35,143 bases of DNA, from positions 1 to 35,143 of the forward strand of contig JAUCBJ010006148.1 in NCBI GenBank assembly GCA_032718475.1. Direction: 5' to 3'. Position 1 is the first letter of the stretch. Every line of letters starts with the position of its first letter. Below, one piece after another: positions 1 to 12,832 of the stretch. The DNA is from Nemertoderma westbladi. Its lineage: Eukaryota; Animalia; Xenacoelomorpha. A program made the position numbers and the translations under genes. The notes under the pieces are model-generated. The model was not told the origin of the DNA and ran no database searches. It saw only the letters and a program-made list of their open reading frames with translations.

Positions 1-482
1 TCCTTAGTAACCTAGCTAAACTTTATTAAAGAAACTACAGTAGCAACAACACTTTCGATTTATCTCAAATATTTTTATTATCATCCGGATTACGTCCCGG
101 TGGCTATCATTAGTATAATGGCCTGACATTTAACTAAAATTTACAGAGAGTGCACAAAATTTACCAGGTTAAAATTAATAAAATAAATATAGACTATATA
201 TAACATAATAACGATATACATCATTGTATAATAGTTATAGTACGACACTAAATCAGCAAGAGTATAATGAATGGGCTATGGGTTTGCCATTGGGTACTTT
301 TATTACAATTATACACAAATACATACAAAAATATATAAAGGTACGTGTAACATATTGTCAATATTTGTTCCAGTAGAGTCAGTCTGATATTATAGGTATG
401 GTCAATGACCATGTAATATAAAGACACTAAGATAAAGATTAGGACGAAATGAGTTTGGTTGACTGTATGTGGCGTATTAATG

Positions 483-2843
483 TTAGTATGAGGTAAAGTC
501 GCGGATCAAATCCATTTTTGTACTATATGAGGCGTCAGCATTATTTAATATAGATTCGAAGTAAAGGCTGTAGAAGTGTTCCTCTGCTGTCAAGGAGTTC
601 AGGAGATGTGGGAGTTTGCAAAGATTTACTTGGTAAATGTGGGTCACCAGTGATGACAGCGATGGTAAGCCCACCCTCCAAGAGTTCATCATGTATATGT
701 ATGTCTTGTAAAGTTCAATGGTATCTTCCCCACTGTCCACTGAGGTGAGGTGAGTAGTCGGCCAAATAAGTAAGTCAGCTTTTCATTTCGACTATTAAAT
801 ATATTATATATCGACCGGCATTGATGAAAACATATAGTATATGAGAGATCTGCAGATCTAAATATGACATTTAAAACTGTATTTTTAAAATTCCCAGCAT
901 GTAGTATTGACCGCATACCCTTCCTACATGTAGTTGCTATATCATAAATTGTAGTAGTACCCAGTGACGATGATCCGTAAGTAATGCTTGGGATGCATAC
1001 TGACCTCCATATTGTTGCTGTCACATCTAGTGAGACTGAGTCTGGTTTTAGACCACGGGATGATAGGATTGAGCAGTTCGTCCATATTTTGCTAATGAAC
1101 AGGTCCTTGAGATTTTTATCCGTTCCTGGTAGAGGTAACCCCATATATGTGCAGATTGCCTCAGAATAAATGGTGTCTCCGATTACCTTTAATGGTTCTC
1201 CAATAGAGGTGGAGCCATCTAGCTTTGTTTTAATAAACTGGGTTTTCTTTAAATTGATTTTCATATTGAGTTTCGTAAATGAGTTTGTCAGTGTCATTGT
1301 TAGAGCCTCGATATCGTGCTTAGAGTTTGCAAGTATGATGATATCATCAGCATAGCTGACTATTGAAAAGGAGTGATGTCCTAAGTGAATACCAAGACCA
1401 CTGTTAACTATTTCGTTCATCATTGCAGTGATATAAAAGTTGAACAAGAGAGGTGAAACGACCTCACCTTAGACGAACTCCTTTACCCAGATGAAACCCT
1501 TCACTATGTAAGTATCCTTTACAATTCAGGAATGCCAATGAGTTTCTATAGTAAGATTCGATAGCATCCACTAGTTTATTATTTAACTTGGTCTGTCGAA
1601 GCTTATCAAAAAGCTTTTGGTAGCTAGCTCACTTTATCGAAGGTTGATGATAGATCGAGGGAGAGCAAATATATTGGAGAGTTCTTCTTGTTGAAATATT
1701 TTATGAGGTAGTTGACTGTCAGATATGCAGATTCGGAGCTTAAGTTTTCCTTATATCCCAGCTGGAGGTCATTTGTCTTGAGACATTCTTTCATATATCC
1801 AACAATGGTAATCTCCCACAACTTTGCAAGGGTTGCTAGAATGCTAATCATTCATGAAGTAGTTCCTGGTGCTGTCTGTAGTTTCTGATCCTTGCATGTC
1901 TTTGGAACAGCCATCATTAGTCCTGTGCACAGTATCTTCCGACATTCACTACTATCATTAATTTGGTTAAATACATCACCAATAAATTTACATAGAGTAT
2001 GTGAGATCCCATAGTAGATATGTTCTGATTGAATGTTGTAATAATCGGCTATTTTCCCCTTATTTAGAGCTTTTATATTTTCTTTGATGGTTTGTGCAGT
2101 CACTAGCTTATTAGGTTGTGGATTCTTCATATGCCCCATCCACATTGCTTATACACATACTGTCTCTTGATGGTGAAACTTTATCAGCATTGAAGTGTCT
2201 TTTGAGTTCATCATGAAGTCAGTCTGCCACAGTGGAAGACATTGGTTTCTTCGGTTTGACCTTCTTTATCATTTTCCAGAACTGTTTTGGGTTTTTGGCC
2301 GATTCTGCCAGCTCCTTTTAAGGTATGAGTTGTATGAGTGATACATGCTCTGTTGGTTGCTCTTGAGTAATGCACTGTGCTCCAGGTAGCACTGCATATG
2401 ACTCTATGTACCTGATGTCCATTCATGTCTCTTATGTATCTATTTAGCTTCTTTCAGTTTCTTTTCAGAATTTCGCAGTTCAATGTTATTTAAGATGCTA
2501 CAGCTTTTCTGGTCCATAGGATGTCTTTTCTCTTCTGGTGCACTCTAATGCAAGGGATGTTTCTCCTGGATGACTCCAACAGGGTATCTGTAAGTTTCTT
2601 CAAAATTGTTTCTGGTTTGTTAGCCGTATACTGTTCAAAGGTGGTTAACATAGTAGCAATATCTGATTTGTAGTTATTGATAGCTTCTGGAGTAGCCTTA
2701 TTAAACTAGAAGAGATCCTTTAGTCGCTTATGTCTGCATTTGGCAGGAGTTGCAGAGGTTGCCCGATTAAATGTAAATAATGCCTGCAGTGGTACATGAT
2801 CAGAGCGGTTAGTGTGATCCTCTTCAAATACCTTGCTCCATTT
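483..2843 (-). mobile_element. Decayed non-LTR retrotransposon (LINE) ORF2 relic: end of APE endonuclease plus RT, RTEX/CR1-like; 5' part cut off by a DNA transposon
   Basis: Minus-strand pieces carry the APE C-terminal motif NRSDHVPL (about 2785-2812), RT motifs LQLGYKENLS and LLSLDLSSTFDKV (1624-1851), YADD (about 1345-1356) and post-RT YMGLPL / VCIPSITYG. Multiple stops and frameshifts. Clade and 3' end uncertain. Confidence 0.88.
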
Positions 2844-3916
2844 ATGGTAATTCCAAGTCACTTCATCCAGATTTTTGAAGCATTGTAACCCGCCCCTTTC
2901 AAATTTTTTAAAATTTGCACCAATTGATCACCTACATATGCTGAGCCGAATTACAAAATTTTATCGAATTTGGTTCATGGACTCACAAGTTACAGCGTTT
3001 TATCGAACATAGGTTTTAGCCCGCTGAGCGATATGTATTATGCGCTTAAGCAGTAACCCGACTATGGGAAATTTATGAGAAACCTCAAATTTTTACTATA
3101 AAAATAACAAATATGTGCTACAATGGCTTATTTCAGGCCGTAGAGTCCGAAAATGACATCAGAAAGTGATTTTGGAAGCGTTTTGTTGGTGCTAGAGCAA
3201 CAAAAATTATTTATTTTATCGTTGAAAGGTGACTGATAACCACAGAGTTATACGATCATATTGCACAATGTGGCCAATGAGATCTATAGTTGAAATTTTG
3301 ATGGAAGGTAGTCCATATGACCAAGTAACTTTTCCCAAAGTTTTGTTAAAAAAATACGTGGTCCTGAAAAATGGCAGCAGATCTAAAATTTGCAATTGCG
3401 GCGTTCGCGGTTATTCGCGGCATATATAATAATATTGGTAATTGTTATATTTTAGATAATATATATTTAGTATGCCTACCTACAGTACCTTTAATATATA
3501 TTTTGAATTATTTTAAGCCAATAAAATAAGTACAAGTTAAAACTAACTTGTACTAACTAATTAATTGTGACTGACGATGCGGCTGACCATGACCACTCAC
3601 ATAATTATTTAGGTTCAATTGTTTGTATGTAATAATAATATGGCCACAGGTCAGTCAAAATATTGTGAAATAGTTCTTCAATAGTAATTCTAACTCAGTT
3701 TCTAAGTTTTACATTGATCAGATTAAGATCGTCAGTCGACAGAGTGTATGGTCTCCCACTACTCGTATATGGTGCAGATACAATTGTTATTATATTCTTA
3801 TGTGGCACCCAACACATATCCAAACGGTTTGGCCAATAAAACGAGTTAGATGGACCAGAAGGGTGCATGAAGGCAATACTATAGTCTTCCTCTTCCTTAC
3901 TTACATCCTGGATTAA

Positions 3917-5314
3917 CCCTATTACCACTGGGGGGGGCCGAATCGGCCCCTTCCTAGTTTTTAGTTGCTGTAACTATGCAACCACATTACGTACCGGCCC
4001 AATTTTTTGTGAGAATTAGCCAAATTTAATGCCGCATCTTTTGCAAAAAACGCCGTTGCAATTGGATTTCTACTTTTCGATGTGGGTGCCACCTCAAAAT
4101 TTGGAATCCAGCACCAAATTTTTTGAAATTTTCGAATTTTACAAAGTCATTCGTGATTTAGTAATTATTTATGTTTGGGCTATTTTTATTTATTTTTATT
4201 GGTTTGGATCACTCTAATGCTCTATACAAGTATGTAAGTGTAGTGGTACGTCATTTTTGGAGCACCAAATTTAGGGCGTGGCACTTTAAAATTTCAAAAT
4301 TACTTTATTCGGAAAACTTACTAAAGTTCTGATTTCGAAGCATTTTTATTGGTTTTCTGGAGCGCTGAATCGATTAAAAGTAGTATAGAAGCCTGAAGAC
4401 TTAGTGGTTCGCCATTTTTGGTGCACCAAAATTAGGGCGTGGCACTTCAAATTTTGAAAAATACGAGATTCGGAAAATACACAAGTTTTGATTTGCAAAG
4501 CATTTTTATAGGTTTTCTGGAGCGCTGAATCGATTGAAAGTAATATAGAAGCCTGAAGACTTAGTGGTTCGCCATTTTTGGTGCACCAAAATTAGGGCGT
4601 GGCACTTCAAATTTTGAAAAATACGAGATTTGGAAAATTCACTAAAGTTTTGATTTCAAATTAATTTTATAGGTTTTCTGGAGCGCTGAATCGATTGAAA
4701 GTAATATAGAAGCCTCAAATCCTTTCAATTTTGGTTTATTTTCCGAATCTCGTAATTTTCAAAATTTGAAGAGCCACGCCCTAATTTTGGTGCACCAAAA
4801 ATGGCGAACCACTCAGTCTTCAGGCTTCTATATTACTTTCGATCGATTCAGCGGCCCAGAAAACCCATAAAGATGCGTTGAAATAAAAAAATTAGGGGCA
4901 TTTTCTGAATATTTAATTTTTCAAAATTTGAAGTGCCACGCCCACTTCTTAGGTGCACGAAAAATAGCATCCACTTCAATTTTTGGAAGTGGAATATAAT
5001 CACATTCGATTCAGCGTCTTGAAAAACCTACTAAAACTAGCCAACCCTGCCACACTATTAGTTTTTAGAAAACGAAAATTTTTGTAATTTTGTCCTGGGA
5101 CTACTTCTATTTTTCATCAAAATTATGAGTCCCTGCTTATGAAATTTTAACTTTTTAAGGTTTGGTAGTGTTCATCTATAGTTGTATCACCAACAGCCCA
5201 AATTTTGTAGGATTTCATTGGACGACTACAAAAATATAGTGGGTGGGCCGAATCGGCCCCCCCCCCCCCCCCCCCAGTGGTGCTAATGGTCAAAACACCC
5301 CAGTGGTAATAGGG
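3917..5314. mobile_element. Non-autonomous piggyBac-type (TTAA-specific) element, 1398 bp
   Basis: Perfect 17-bp TIR CCCTATTACCACTGGGG (3917-3933 / 5298-5314), TTAA on both sides (3913-3916, 5315-5318), subterminal palindrome GGGCCGAATCGGCCC near both ends, no transposase ORF. Removal restores the transposase frame (GGC TTA ATC CAG). Confidence 0.93.
4250..5040. repeat. Internal array of about three 160-bp units followed by inverted copies (foldback) inside the TTAA element
   Basis: GGTTTTCTGGAGCGCTGAATCGATT recurs at 4351, 4511 and 4672. The reverse complement of the unit occurs from about 4740 to 5040. Confidence 0.9.
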
Positions 5315-6688
5315 TTAAGCCAATCCACCAGGAATTGTCATAGTGACAAGCAACGTACTCCATTGCTTTATATAATTCCTTAACATCAATTGCTCCATGA
5401 TCTGTTGAGAATCTATGTTCTCCTTTATACAATGCATCGAGGCTAAACCTTTTGAATACAATTGAGTTTGCTGAAGTTGGCTTAAAATAATGGTAAGTTC
5501 TTGTACCAGGTACTGTCTGTGATTGTTGGTATCGTATTGAGAGGGTTTCACTGGCTAATTCCACATCAGATCCTTTAATGAGGTCGAATGTAACCTTCTT
5601 GATATTTTCTTTGCAGAAATGCAACATTGTCTCAACGTCTAAAATTTGTTCTCAAAGGGGTCGTTGTAAACTTGCACGAGCTGTCAAGCGCTTAACAGTA
5701 CCACCAACACCATCTACAGCCGACTTACCATGACTGGTAGCGAAGAAATTCCATTCACAATCAAGGCCAAAGTCTATCTTGTGATTGCAAACATTAATAA
5801 AGTTTTTACAATTTTTATACTACTGCCCTGCACATCCATCTGAGAAATACTCGATTTTGGTTATCAGTTGTAGATGTTCCTTGATGTAACTTGTAGTACA
5901 TTCTTGAACAATATAAACAAAATCGGTATCATGTTGTGTTACAGAACTTAAGTAAACAAAAGACTTTTCTTGCAAAGTCTGTGACTCAGCTGTTCTATAA
6001 TACATAACAACTGAATGGAGAGTACACTGTTTGTTGTTCCAATGGAATGATTGGACCTCATCTTGTATTACAAATTGGTAATTCTCGGCAAAGTCAAGCA
6101 TTACAATACAAGAAGACGGCAACAGATTGTCTTTCCGTTCTTTCAAGTACTTTGTTTGTGACTTGGCAAGATAACTATGTGTCGTCAAGTTGTCTATTTT
6201 TGTTGATATCAACTCAATGAAATCAGAAATTGATGAGGTGTGAGTAACCAAATCTGCTCTGTCTTTTCCTTGCCATTGGTTGTAGGTAATTGCATTATCG
6301 TCATTTTCTTGATCTTCGTTTAACATTTCTGCCCTAAGATATGTAACCAATGATTCTCTACCAGGACAGTTTTCACACCTATGTATCATGCACAGGCTAC
6401 TTTCTTTATCACAGACAATCTTCAAGAACAGGTCTTTGTACGAAATATCAATAATTCCTGAGGCATCTATCATTAATATCACATTCTGATGATATGTACA
6501 TACACAAACATAGCAGACACACTAACACACCACTTTGGTCTAAGTGAGGTAAATTTAGAAAATAAAATGGTAATATTTGGCCACTTCTCTTTAAAGGCTA
6601 GATGGAGTTCCTTTAAATTACAGAGCAAAAGTCTTTTCTGCTGATGAACATTTCTTGAAAGACTTACATAGTCCTTTTTGCCAGGCAG

Positions 6689-7654
6689 ATCACTGTGAGG
6701 GCTATACTGCCTTCACAGAGGCAGTTAAGTTAGCAGCTGCAGAAACAGTTCCTGTATACCCTCGAAACAGGAAACGGGCCCCCTGGACTGACAACAAAAT
6801 TCAGAAATGACCTCAACAAGGCGCAGAAAGAGTCCCGATTCAAACAGACTACAGCGGCAAAGAATGCAGTTAAGGCTGCATCTAGGTCCCTGAACAGGCA
6901 GTACTCTGTTAATTTACAGGAGCTAATAAACCAACAGGTTGATGCCATCAATGATGCTGACGACAGCAGGCAATCATCCCAGGCATGGAGATCGATCAAC
7001 TTGCTTGCTGGTCGAAAAAGCCAACCAACCACCAAGGTTAAGGCTGAATCACCAGCCGATCGCCTCAATGGTTGGAAGGCCCACTTTGAAAAGCTCCTCA
7101 ATAATGACAGGGTATTGCCTGATAACTTTATAGAAGTAAAAGTGTCTGAGTCTGTACTCCAAGATATTCCCATTGGTGATATCTCCTTTGCAGAAGTGAA
7201 GGCTGCTGCAAAGAGCATTAAGACCAATCGTGCCAGTGGAGTAGATGGTGTTCCCCCTGAGGTCTTTAAAATACCTGAGTGTTTAAAGCTCATCTATCCC
7301 ATCATAGTAGACATGTACCGAACAACAAGAGTCCCACAAGAAATGAAAACAAATAAGTTGGTGCCAGTTCCCAAGAAGGGCAACCTAACACTCTATGGTT
7401 CTTTTCGGGGAATCTCATTGATCTCGATTGCTGCAAAGCTATACAATAGAATTCTATTAAATCGCATCAGAGATCCCATTGAAAGACTGCTCCATGGAAA
7501 TCAGAATGGGTTCCGTAAAGGTCGTGGGACCATGGAGCCCATTTTGGCACTTAGAAGGATAATTGAAGAGTTATCAAAAAAGAAAGACAGGCATCTGGCT
7601 GTTATCTTTGTTGACTTCTTCAAGGCCTTTGATTCAATCTCTCGCTCAGAGTAG
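6689..7654 (+). mobile_element. RTE-like LINE internal fragment (linker plus N-terminal half of RT)
   Basis: WKAHFEKLLN, RASGVDGVPPEVFK, VPVPKKG, FRGISLISIAAKLYNRILLNRI, QNGFRKGRGT, FVDFFKAFDSI. Frameshift near 6808. Truncated at both ends. Confidence 0.92.
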
Positions 7655-7720
7655 GGGAGGGGGGTCAATATAACCCCTTCTGGTATTTCTACAACATTTT
7701 ATAGCATATTATTAATAGGG
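7652..7720. mobile_element. Possible isolated right end of a related TTAA-type element
   Basis: Ends in TAATAGGG|TTAA (7713-7724), identical to the right end at 5307-5318, and has an imperfect subterminal palindrome GGGGTCAATATAACCCC. Coincides with the RTE truncation point. Confidence 0.5.
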
Positions 7721-7724
7721 TTAA

Positions 7725-7990
7725 GGTGTGTTTGCCTGTTGGCAACTTCCCATCTCGGATGCCTACTGTAGGTATAATCGTTGGATCATGTATTACAATT
7801 CTGATCTCATTTGTACCGTTTGATGCGATAGGTTGAAGAACTGAATAAATTGCCCAAGTTGAGGGATGGATGGTGTCATCTCTGTGCAACCTGTTATTAT
7901 GCCACCTATCAACCATGTTTGATGACTGCGGCCTCAGATTACAGCATTAACATCATTTCTCCTACACGAGTTGGTAATAAATTTGGCAAA
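7725..7990 (-). pseudogene. Possible highly degraded MULE-type transposase fragment
   Basis: SNMVDRWHNNRL...HPSTWAIYSVLQ resembles the TNN.VEGWHN.L...HPSIW.FI..L segment of animal Mutator-like transposases. Motif resemblance only. Confidence 0.3.
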
Positions 7991-9710
7991 CAAAGTGCTT
8001 CTACTTTAATTAGCTGGGCCCTATATAGTGTGACCAGTTTTAACCCCTTTCCCGGCTGAGCGTAAGCGGTATGGCTCCCATGCTATGGTCTAGAGCGTAC
8101 ATGGTACGCTTCTATATCTTACTGTTCTTATGGGTGAGCTATCAGTCCGAAGCCACTATCTGGCAATCTGTATTACATTGTAGGGCTCTAAATGGTAAAT
8201 TTCGATAGGCCTAAAAGAATATTAAACTGAATACAACAAGTAGGTACAATTTTCCAAGTTTAGAAGTTTCAAGTTTAAGGAACAATAAAAAAGCCCAATG
8301 GCTTGTTAGCGTATTTGTCAAAAAATACGTTTTTAATCTCTATTTTATATATTTTGACTCTTTCCGCCCAGTCTGAAACACTGAAACGGTCATTGCGCTA
8401 GTGTACCTTCAATGGAAGGCCGTTCTAGTGTATTACTTTTATTCCCTCTTCCTTACAATTGTATTGATTTGCTCAATGTTTCACTCAGTCTATAACGGTA
8501 ATTGATCCTCTATTACATTTCACTAATATACAGTACTGGGAAGGTGTGGCAGCACGATACAATAAGTAAATGTCTGACTAATTATTTATGTAAGGGCTCA
8601 AGTCTGGCGATTGTGTTTCCCTTTAGGGGAACCGTATTGCAACTATTATATATCTGTTTATATTATTATCGCTATGGTATTCAATTTATGACAACTCTCA
8701 ATCATGGTATTATTAATATTAAGAGCTTCGCTTGCATTACAGGTCTGAAATATCGCCATAGATTAATTATTTATTGAGTTAGAGGTAAGACAACACACGT
8801 AAATCTGACACAATTGTCCAGGTTATCAATAATGCTTAGCTATAGAGACCTACCTGGGCGTGGTGTGTGTAAAATGTCGTTGATCTTGGGATATCAGCGA
8901 CATTATATTCACCAAATAACAGCAAAAATAAATTAAGTTTACCAGTACGATATCAAATATTATAACAAATTATTATAATCAAATGTATAATTTAATTGTA
9001 GACAAGTTTTAGACAAATTGTAGACAGAGACAGTTTTAGAAGTAATAATCACCAGTCAATTAGAGATGACCGGGGCTTTTACCCTTTATCATGGATAAGT
9101 ATGACTTCACTAAACAATTAATGGCAATGGTAATAGTATAAGTGCCGGAAATGCATTAAACCAGAGGCGTTATACCCCTAAAGGAATGTGCAGTAGCACC
9201 ACCTATACATCACAATAAGGCATTCAAGTTAATAGTCGAGTCAATCTAGCAAAAAACCAACAAGTATTTTGTAAAAGCTTTTGTGGGATATAACTGGCCC
9301 TTTTGCTTCGCAATCCAGTTCCCTCAATGCGCTCAAATACTCTAAAGAAAAACTCCCTAACTCAAATGATGCAAGCTACCGGCTGATTGGCTGATTTACT
9401 GTACGTATGGCCTCTTTGTTCTGTTCGATCAACCAACCAGAGCAAGGTCAACCAAGCAGAGTGATTCATCCTGTGTGTTGGCTAAGGGCTGCAAAAACCC
9501 GAATAGTTCGGCATTTAGACATTCGTGGAATCTGTGGAATATGGAGCTCTGCCAATGAGAGCTTTTCCTCTTTGTGTTGAAAGCTACCTGCAACAGCTCA
9601 CAGGGTTCAGTGTGTTGGTTTTTCCAGAGCCTAGAACATCGGCTATGGAATTATTCTGAATTATTCCAACATTAGAACGACTTTAATTATAAGAACACAT
9701 AACTGTTACC

Positions 9711-9885
9711 GGTACGGTACGGTACGGTACGGTACGGTACGGTACGGTATGGTACGGTACGGTACGGTACGGTACGGTACGGTACGGTACGGTACGGTAC
9801 GGTACGGTACGGTACGGTACGGTACGGTACGGTACGGTACGGTACGGTACGGTACGGTACAGTACGGTATGGTACGGTACGGTAC
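9711..9885. repeat. (GGTAC)n pentanucleotide microsatellite, 35 units
   Basis: Read directly; variant units GGTAT (two) and AGTAC (one). Confidence 0.99.
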
Positions 9886-10930
9886 CTACTGCTGTATTGC
9901 ACATTATTTACTGCTATTTACTGTTTGTTATTAATTGTATCAGTTGTTTACATATTGTTATTTGGAGAATAACGATAAACGATCAGAAACCCCGATCTTC
10001 TTGATACACTAAGGTTAGAGAGACCGGTTACATATAGCAATTGCGACTTATATTATCGTGGTTTGTAGTGAATTGAATGCTATTTTATAGGCCCTACAAA
10101 TGTCGGTTGCTATTCTCTTTATATATGATTAAAATCAGTGACTATCGGCAATTCAGTGTGCAGCGGTGTGCAATAGTCTGTATGTGCTTGTCCGCGTAAC
10201 AAAGCATCTCCTAAAGAATGCGCCTTATGTGTAACTTATAATCCATTCCGTTGTGTTTAGCGTAAGCCATAGCTCTGTTTATATAGATAGAGCGCCACGT
10301 CCTAAAGGAACTGCTAATATTTCCCGAAAGTGAATGATATTTGTCAGAGATTATATATTAACGATCAATCGAATAGTACGGTAGGCCTGCACCGCAATCA
10401 AATTAAAGCATCCAAATCCAGTCTCCCGGGTATATCCAGCGGGTGAATGGTCGCGCATAGACTGGCTTCGGCTAATGTTGGATTTATTTGTGTCAAATAC
10501 TTGTCATAGGCTAAAGTCGATTTATAACCTAGAAGACATATAGATTTGGCGGGTTAAACTGCCAAAGGTCTTAAAAGCGCGAACAGTAACAGTTATTTTT
10601 CTGATTGCAGTGAAGGCAATAAATACAGTTTACTATTGTTCTGGAAAGAACAATAACAGATATAGCTTCTGTATTGCAGTAGGCAATAAAGCTGAAGTAC
10701 CGGCCAACCGGTACCTAGTAGGCCTGACTACCTAACCACCCGGACCGGTACCTACAGCAGTACAGGTACAGCAGTATTATTCGATTGTGATATTGTATAC
10801 CGGCAGGCTGTTTAAGAGATTAGGGACTGTACACCCCTTGTTTCTTTTGGAGCTTACTTATTTCTGTCAGTTTTATTTATTTGTAGGCCAATATTGAGCA
10901 GAAGGCGTGTAAGCCTGCCCAGATTGTACA

Positions 10931-11508
10931 GATAATTTGTAGGCTAGACTGTTGTCTGACTGTTGTTAAGTCTGAAGGGACTGTAGTGTGTGTAGAGCGT
11001 ATGTCCGAAAAAGTACTAGTTAGGAAAGTAGGGGCGTCCAGTGCTGTGAGGTAAACCCCCTCGAAAGAATAAGTCGTACTACTCGGTTAGAGCACATACT
11101 AACTAACCATTTCGGAGTCTGCATATACTGTAGTTTGTTTGGGCTTCATAGTAGTCTGCCAGCGTTTGGTCTGTACTTTGTTTGTGTAGTTTGTACGGGT
11201 AGCGTAATATTTCTTATTTAGATAATTTGTAGGCTGGATTTGTCTGGCTGTTGTTAGGTCTGAAGAGATTTCGGTGTGTGTAGAGTGTATGTCCGATAAA
11301 GTGCCAGTTGGGAATGTAGGGGCTTCCAGAGCTGTGAGGTAAACCCCCTCGAAAGAATAAGTAGTACTACTCGGTTAGAACGCATACTAACTAACCATTT
11401 CGGAGTCTGCATATACCGTAGTTTGTTTAGGCTTGATAGTAGTCTGTCAGTGTTTGGTCTGCATTTTGTTTGAGTAGTCTGTACGCGTAGCGTAATATTT
11501 ATTATTCA
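10931..11508. repeat. Tandem duplication of a 290-bp unit (2 diverged copies)
   Basis: Copies start GATAATTTGTAGGCT at 10931 and 11221 and stay collinear to GTAGCGTAATATTT. Confidence 0.95.
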
Positions 11509-12448
11509 GAGTTTATGCGATTATTCGCAACATTCATACCCCCACGTTTATTCCTACAGTAATTGTGCTTGTTATATATACCGTTATAGTTAAACTAACC
11601 CCGGTACTACATCAGGGCTGCTTGGCGTAGGTAAAGACTGGTGATTTTGTGCCCCGGTCACTCCAGCAGATACCGTGGTTCTTTTAGCTGTTCAAGTATT
11701 TTTAACTACTGATTATTTGTTGTATAAGTACTTGTACCTAATTTAGGGTTTAGTGTACAGTGCTTTCCGAAGGCAATTAGTGTGTAGGCAGTATATTTGT
11801 GTTGTAAAGTGGTTAATAGGCACGTTGGTTCTGGTAGACCGCGGTAATTAACTTCTAGGTAGGAACACTCCGTGATACATAACGTAGTACTTATAGCGCC
11901 ACGGCTATAAGTCGTCAGACGGTGGTATTTTTCTATCTGGACAACGCTGTATATTTACTACTACTTATTATTTTCAAATACCGTAGTAACCTGTCCGTTG
12001 TAATAACCAGATATTCTAACCCTTTGTTAGGCTGGTTAGTAGACTTCTTGTAAAATTACCCTAAAAATTCATACTTGTAATTTTTGTGTTTATTTAGAGA
12101 TTGTAATCTCACCAGAATTGTACGTAATTTGTAGTATTAAGTAACTTAGGTAAATTAGAATTATTTGTTTTAGTGTCCAACAAGTAGCACTCCACTGAGA
12201 GCGCACAGCTTCTGTGTAGTGACTCCCCCCAGAAATAATAACATTTATTTCAAATATTGACAAAACCCATTTTAACGGGTATATATATTATAAATCAACT
12301 CAAACCGATTTATAAAATAGTAGGCCTGCCATACAACAATTAGGTATCAATATCAGTTGGACTACTGCTCAAATAACGGTAATAAAGTAAGTAAAGTAAC
12401 CAAGTAACCCCTAAAAATTCAGAAATTCAATTATTTAAAATAATTGAC

Positions 12449-12700
12449 ATACCGGTATTCGCGATAGGCTTATTATATTTATTTCTATAAATTTAGGCTA
12501 AATTATATACCGGTATTCTGTAATTAATTCTAGTCCATAATTATATATATACACTATAAGTGTAAGCTGTATACCGGTATTCACGATAGGCCTATTATAT
12601 ATTTATATATATTTATGCTGAAATTACATACCGGTATTCTGTGACAAACCTAGTCTGTAATAATACTTATTTATACTATAAGCATACCGGTATTCTAATA
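12449..12700. repeat. Degenerate AT-rich tandem repeat (about 60-bp subunit, 122-bp dimer) anchored on ATACCGGTATTC
   Basis: TACCGGTA at 12450, 12508, 12572, 12629 and 12685 with similar flanks. Confidence 0.85.
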
Positions 12701-12832
12701 TATTATATATATATATCAAGTTACATTTAGTGACGATATCGGTAATTAATTACTAGGCTATCAGTTGATACTGAATTACTAGATTTGCTTTAACTGTAAC
12801 ATAGCAGTAGACATTCAACTGGGCAAACAAAC

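Larger units (their letters stand above)
2846..6688 (-). mobile_element. Sola2-like DNA transposon, copy 1 (one terminus retained, other end lost), interrupted by a TTAA element
   Basis: LINE coding sequence stops abruptly at about 2843 and a terminus-like GGTAATTCCAAGTCA starts at 2846, followed by non-coding subterminal DNA and a transposase on the minus strand. No matching inverted terminus was found downstream. Confidence 0.7.
3695..6688 (-). pseudogene. DDD-type (Sola2-like) transposase pseudogene
   Basis: Motifs LPGKKDYVS, FTSLRPKWC, MLDFAENY, QSFHW, FSDGCAGQ*YKN, FFATSHGKSAVDGVGGTVKR and C-terminal WWIGL/IQDV...FMHPSGP...FYWP...DMCWV. In-frame stops at 5820 and about 5652. Split by the 3917-5314 insert. 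Confidence 0.88.

Noticed and set aside
6730-7293. 187-aa minus-strand ORF
   Set aside because: Antisense shadow of the RTE coding frame; the same applies to 984-1355, 14015-14290 and 18101-18391.
8040-8120. piggyBac-type left end TTAA|CCCCTTTCCCGG
   Set aside because: No matching inverted terminus found in the window.
9683-9934. ORFs encoding (VPYRT)n or (VRYGT)n
   Set aside because: Artefacts of the stop-free GGTAC microsatellite.
9956-10560. LTR (TGTTA...TAACA) plus primer-binding site
   Set aside because: No second LTR copy, and no tRNA-complementary TGG tract directly after the candidate end.
11043-11090. Hammerhead ribozyme (CTGTGAG...CTCGAAA)
   Set aside because: The core lacks CUGANGA and no stem III or cleavage triplet can be formed.
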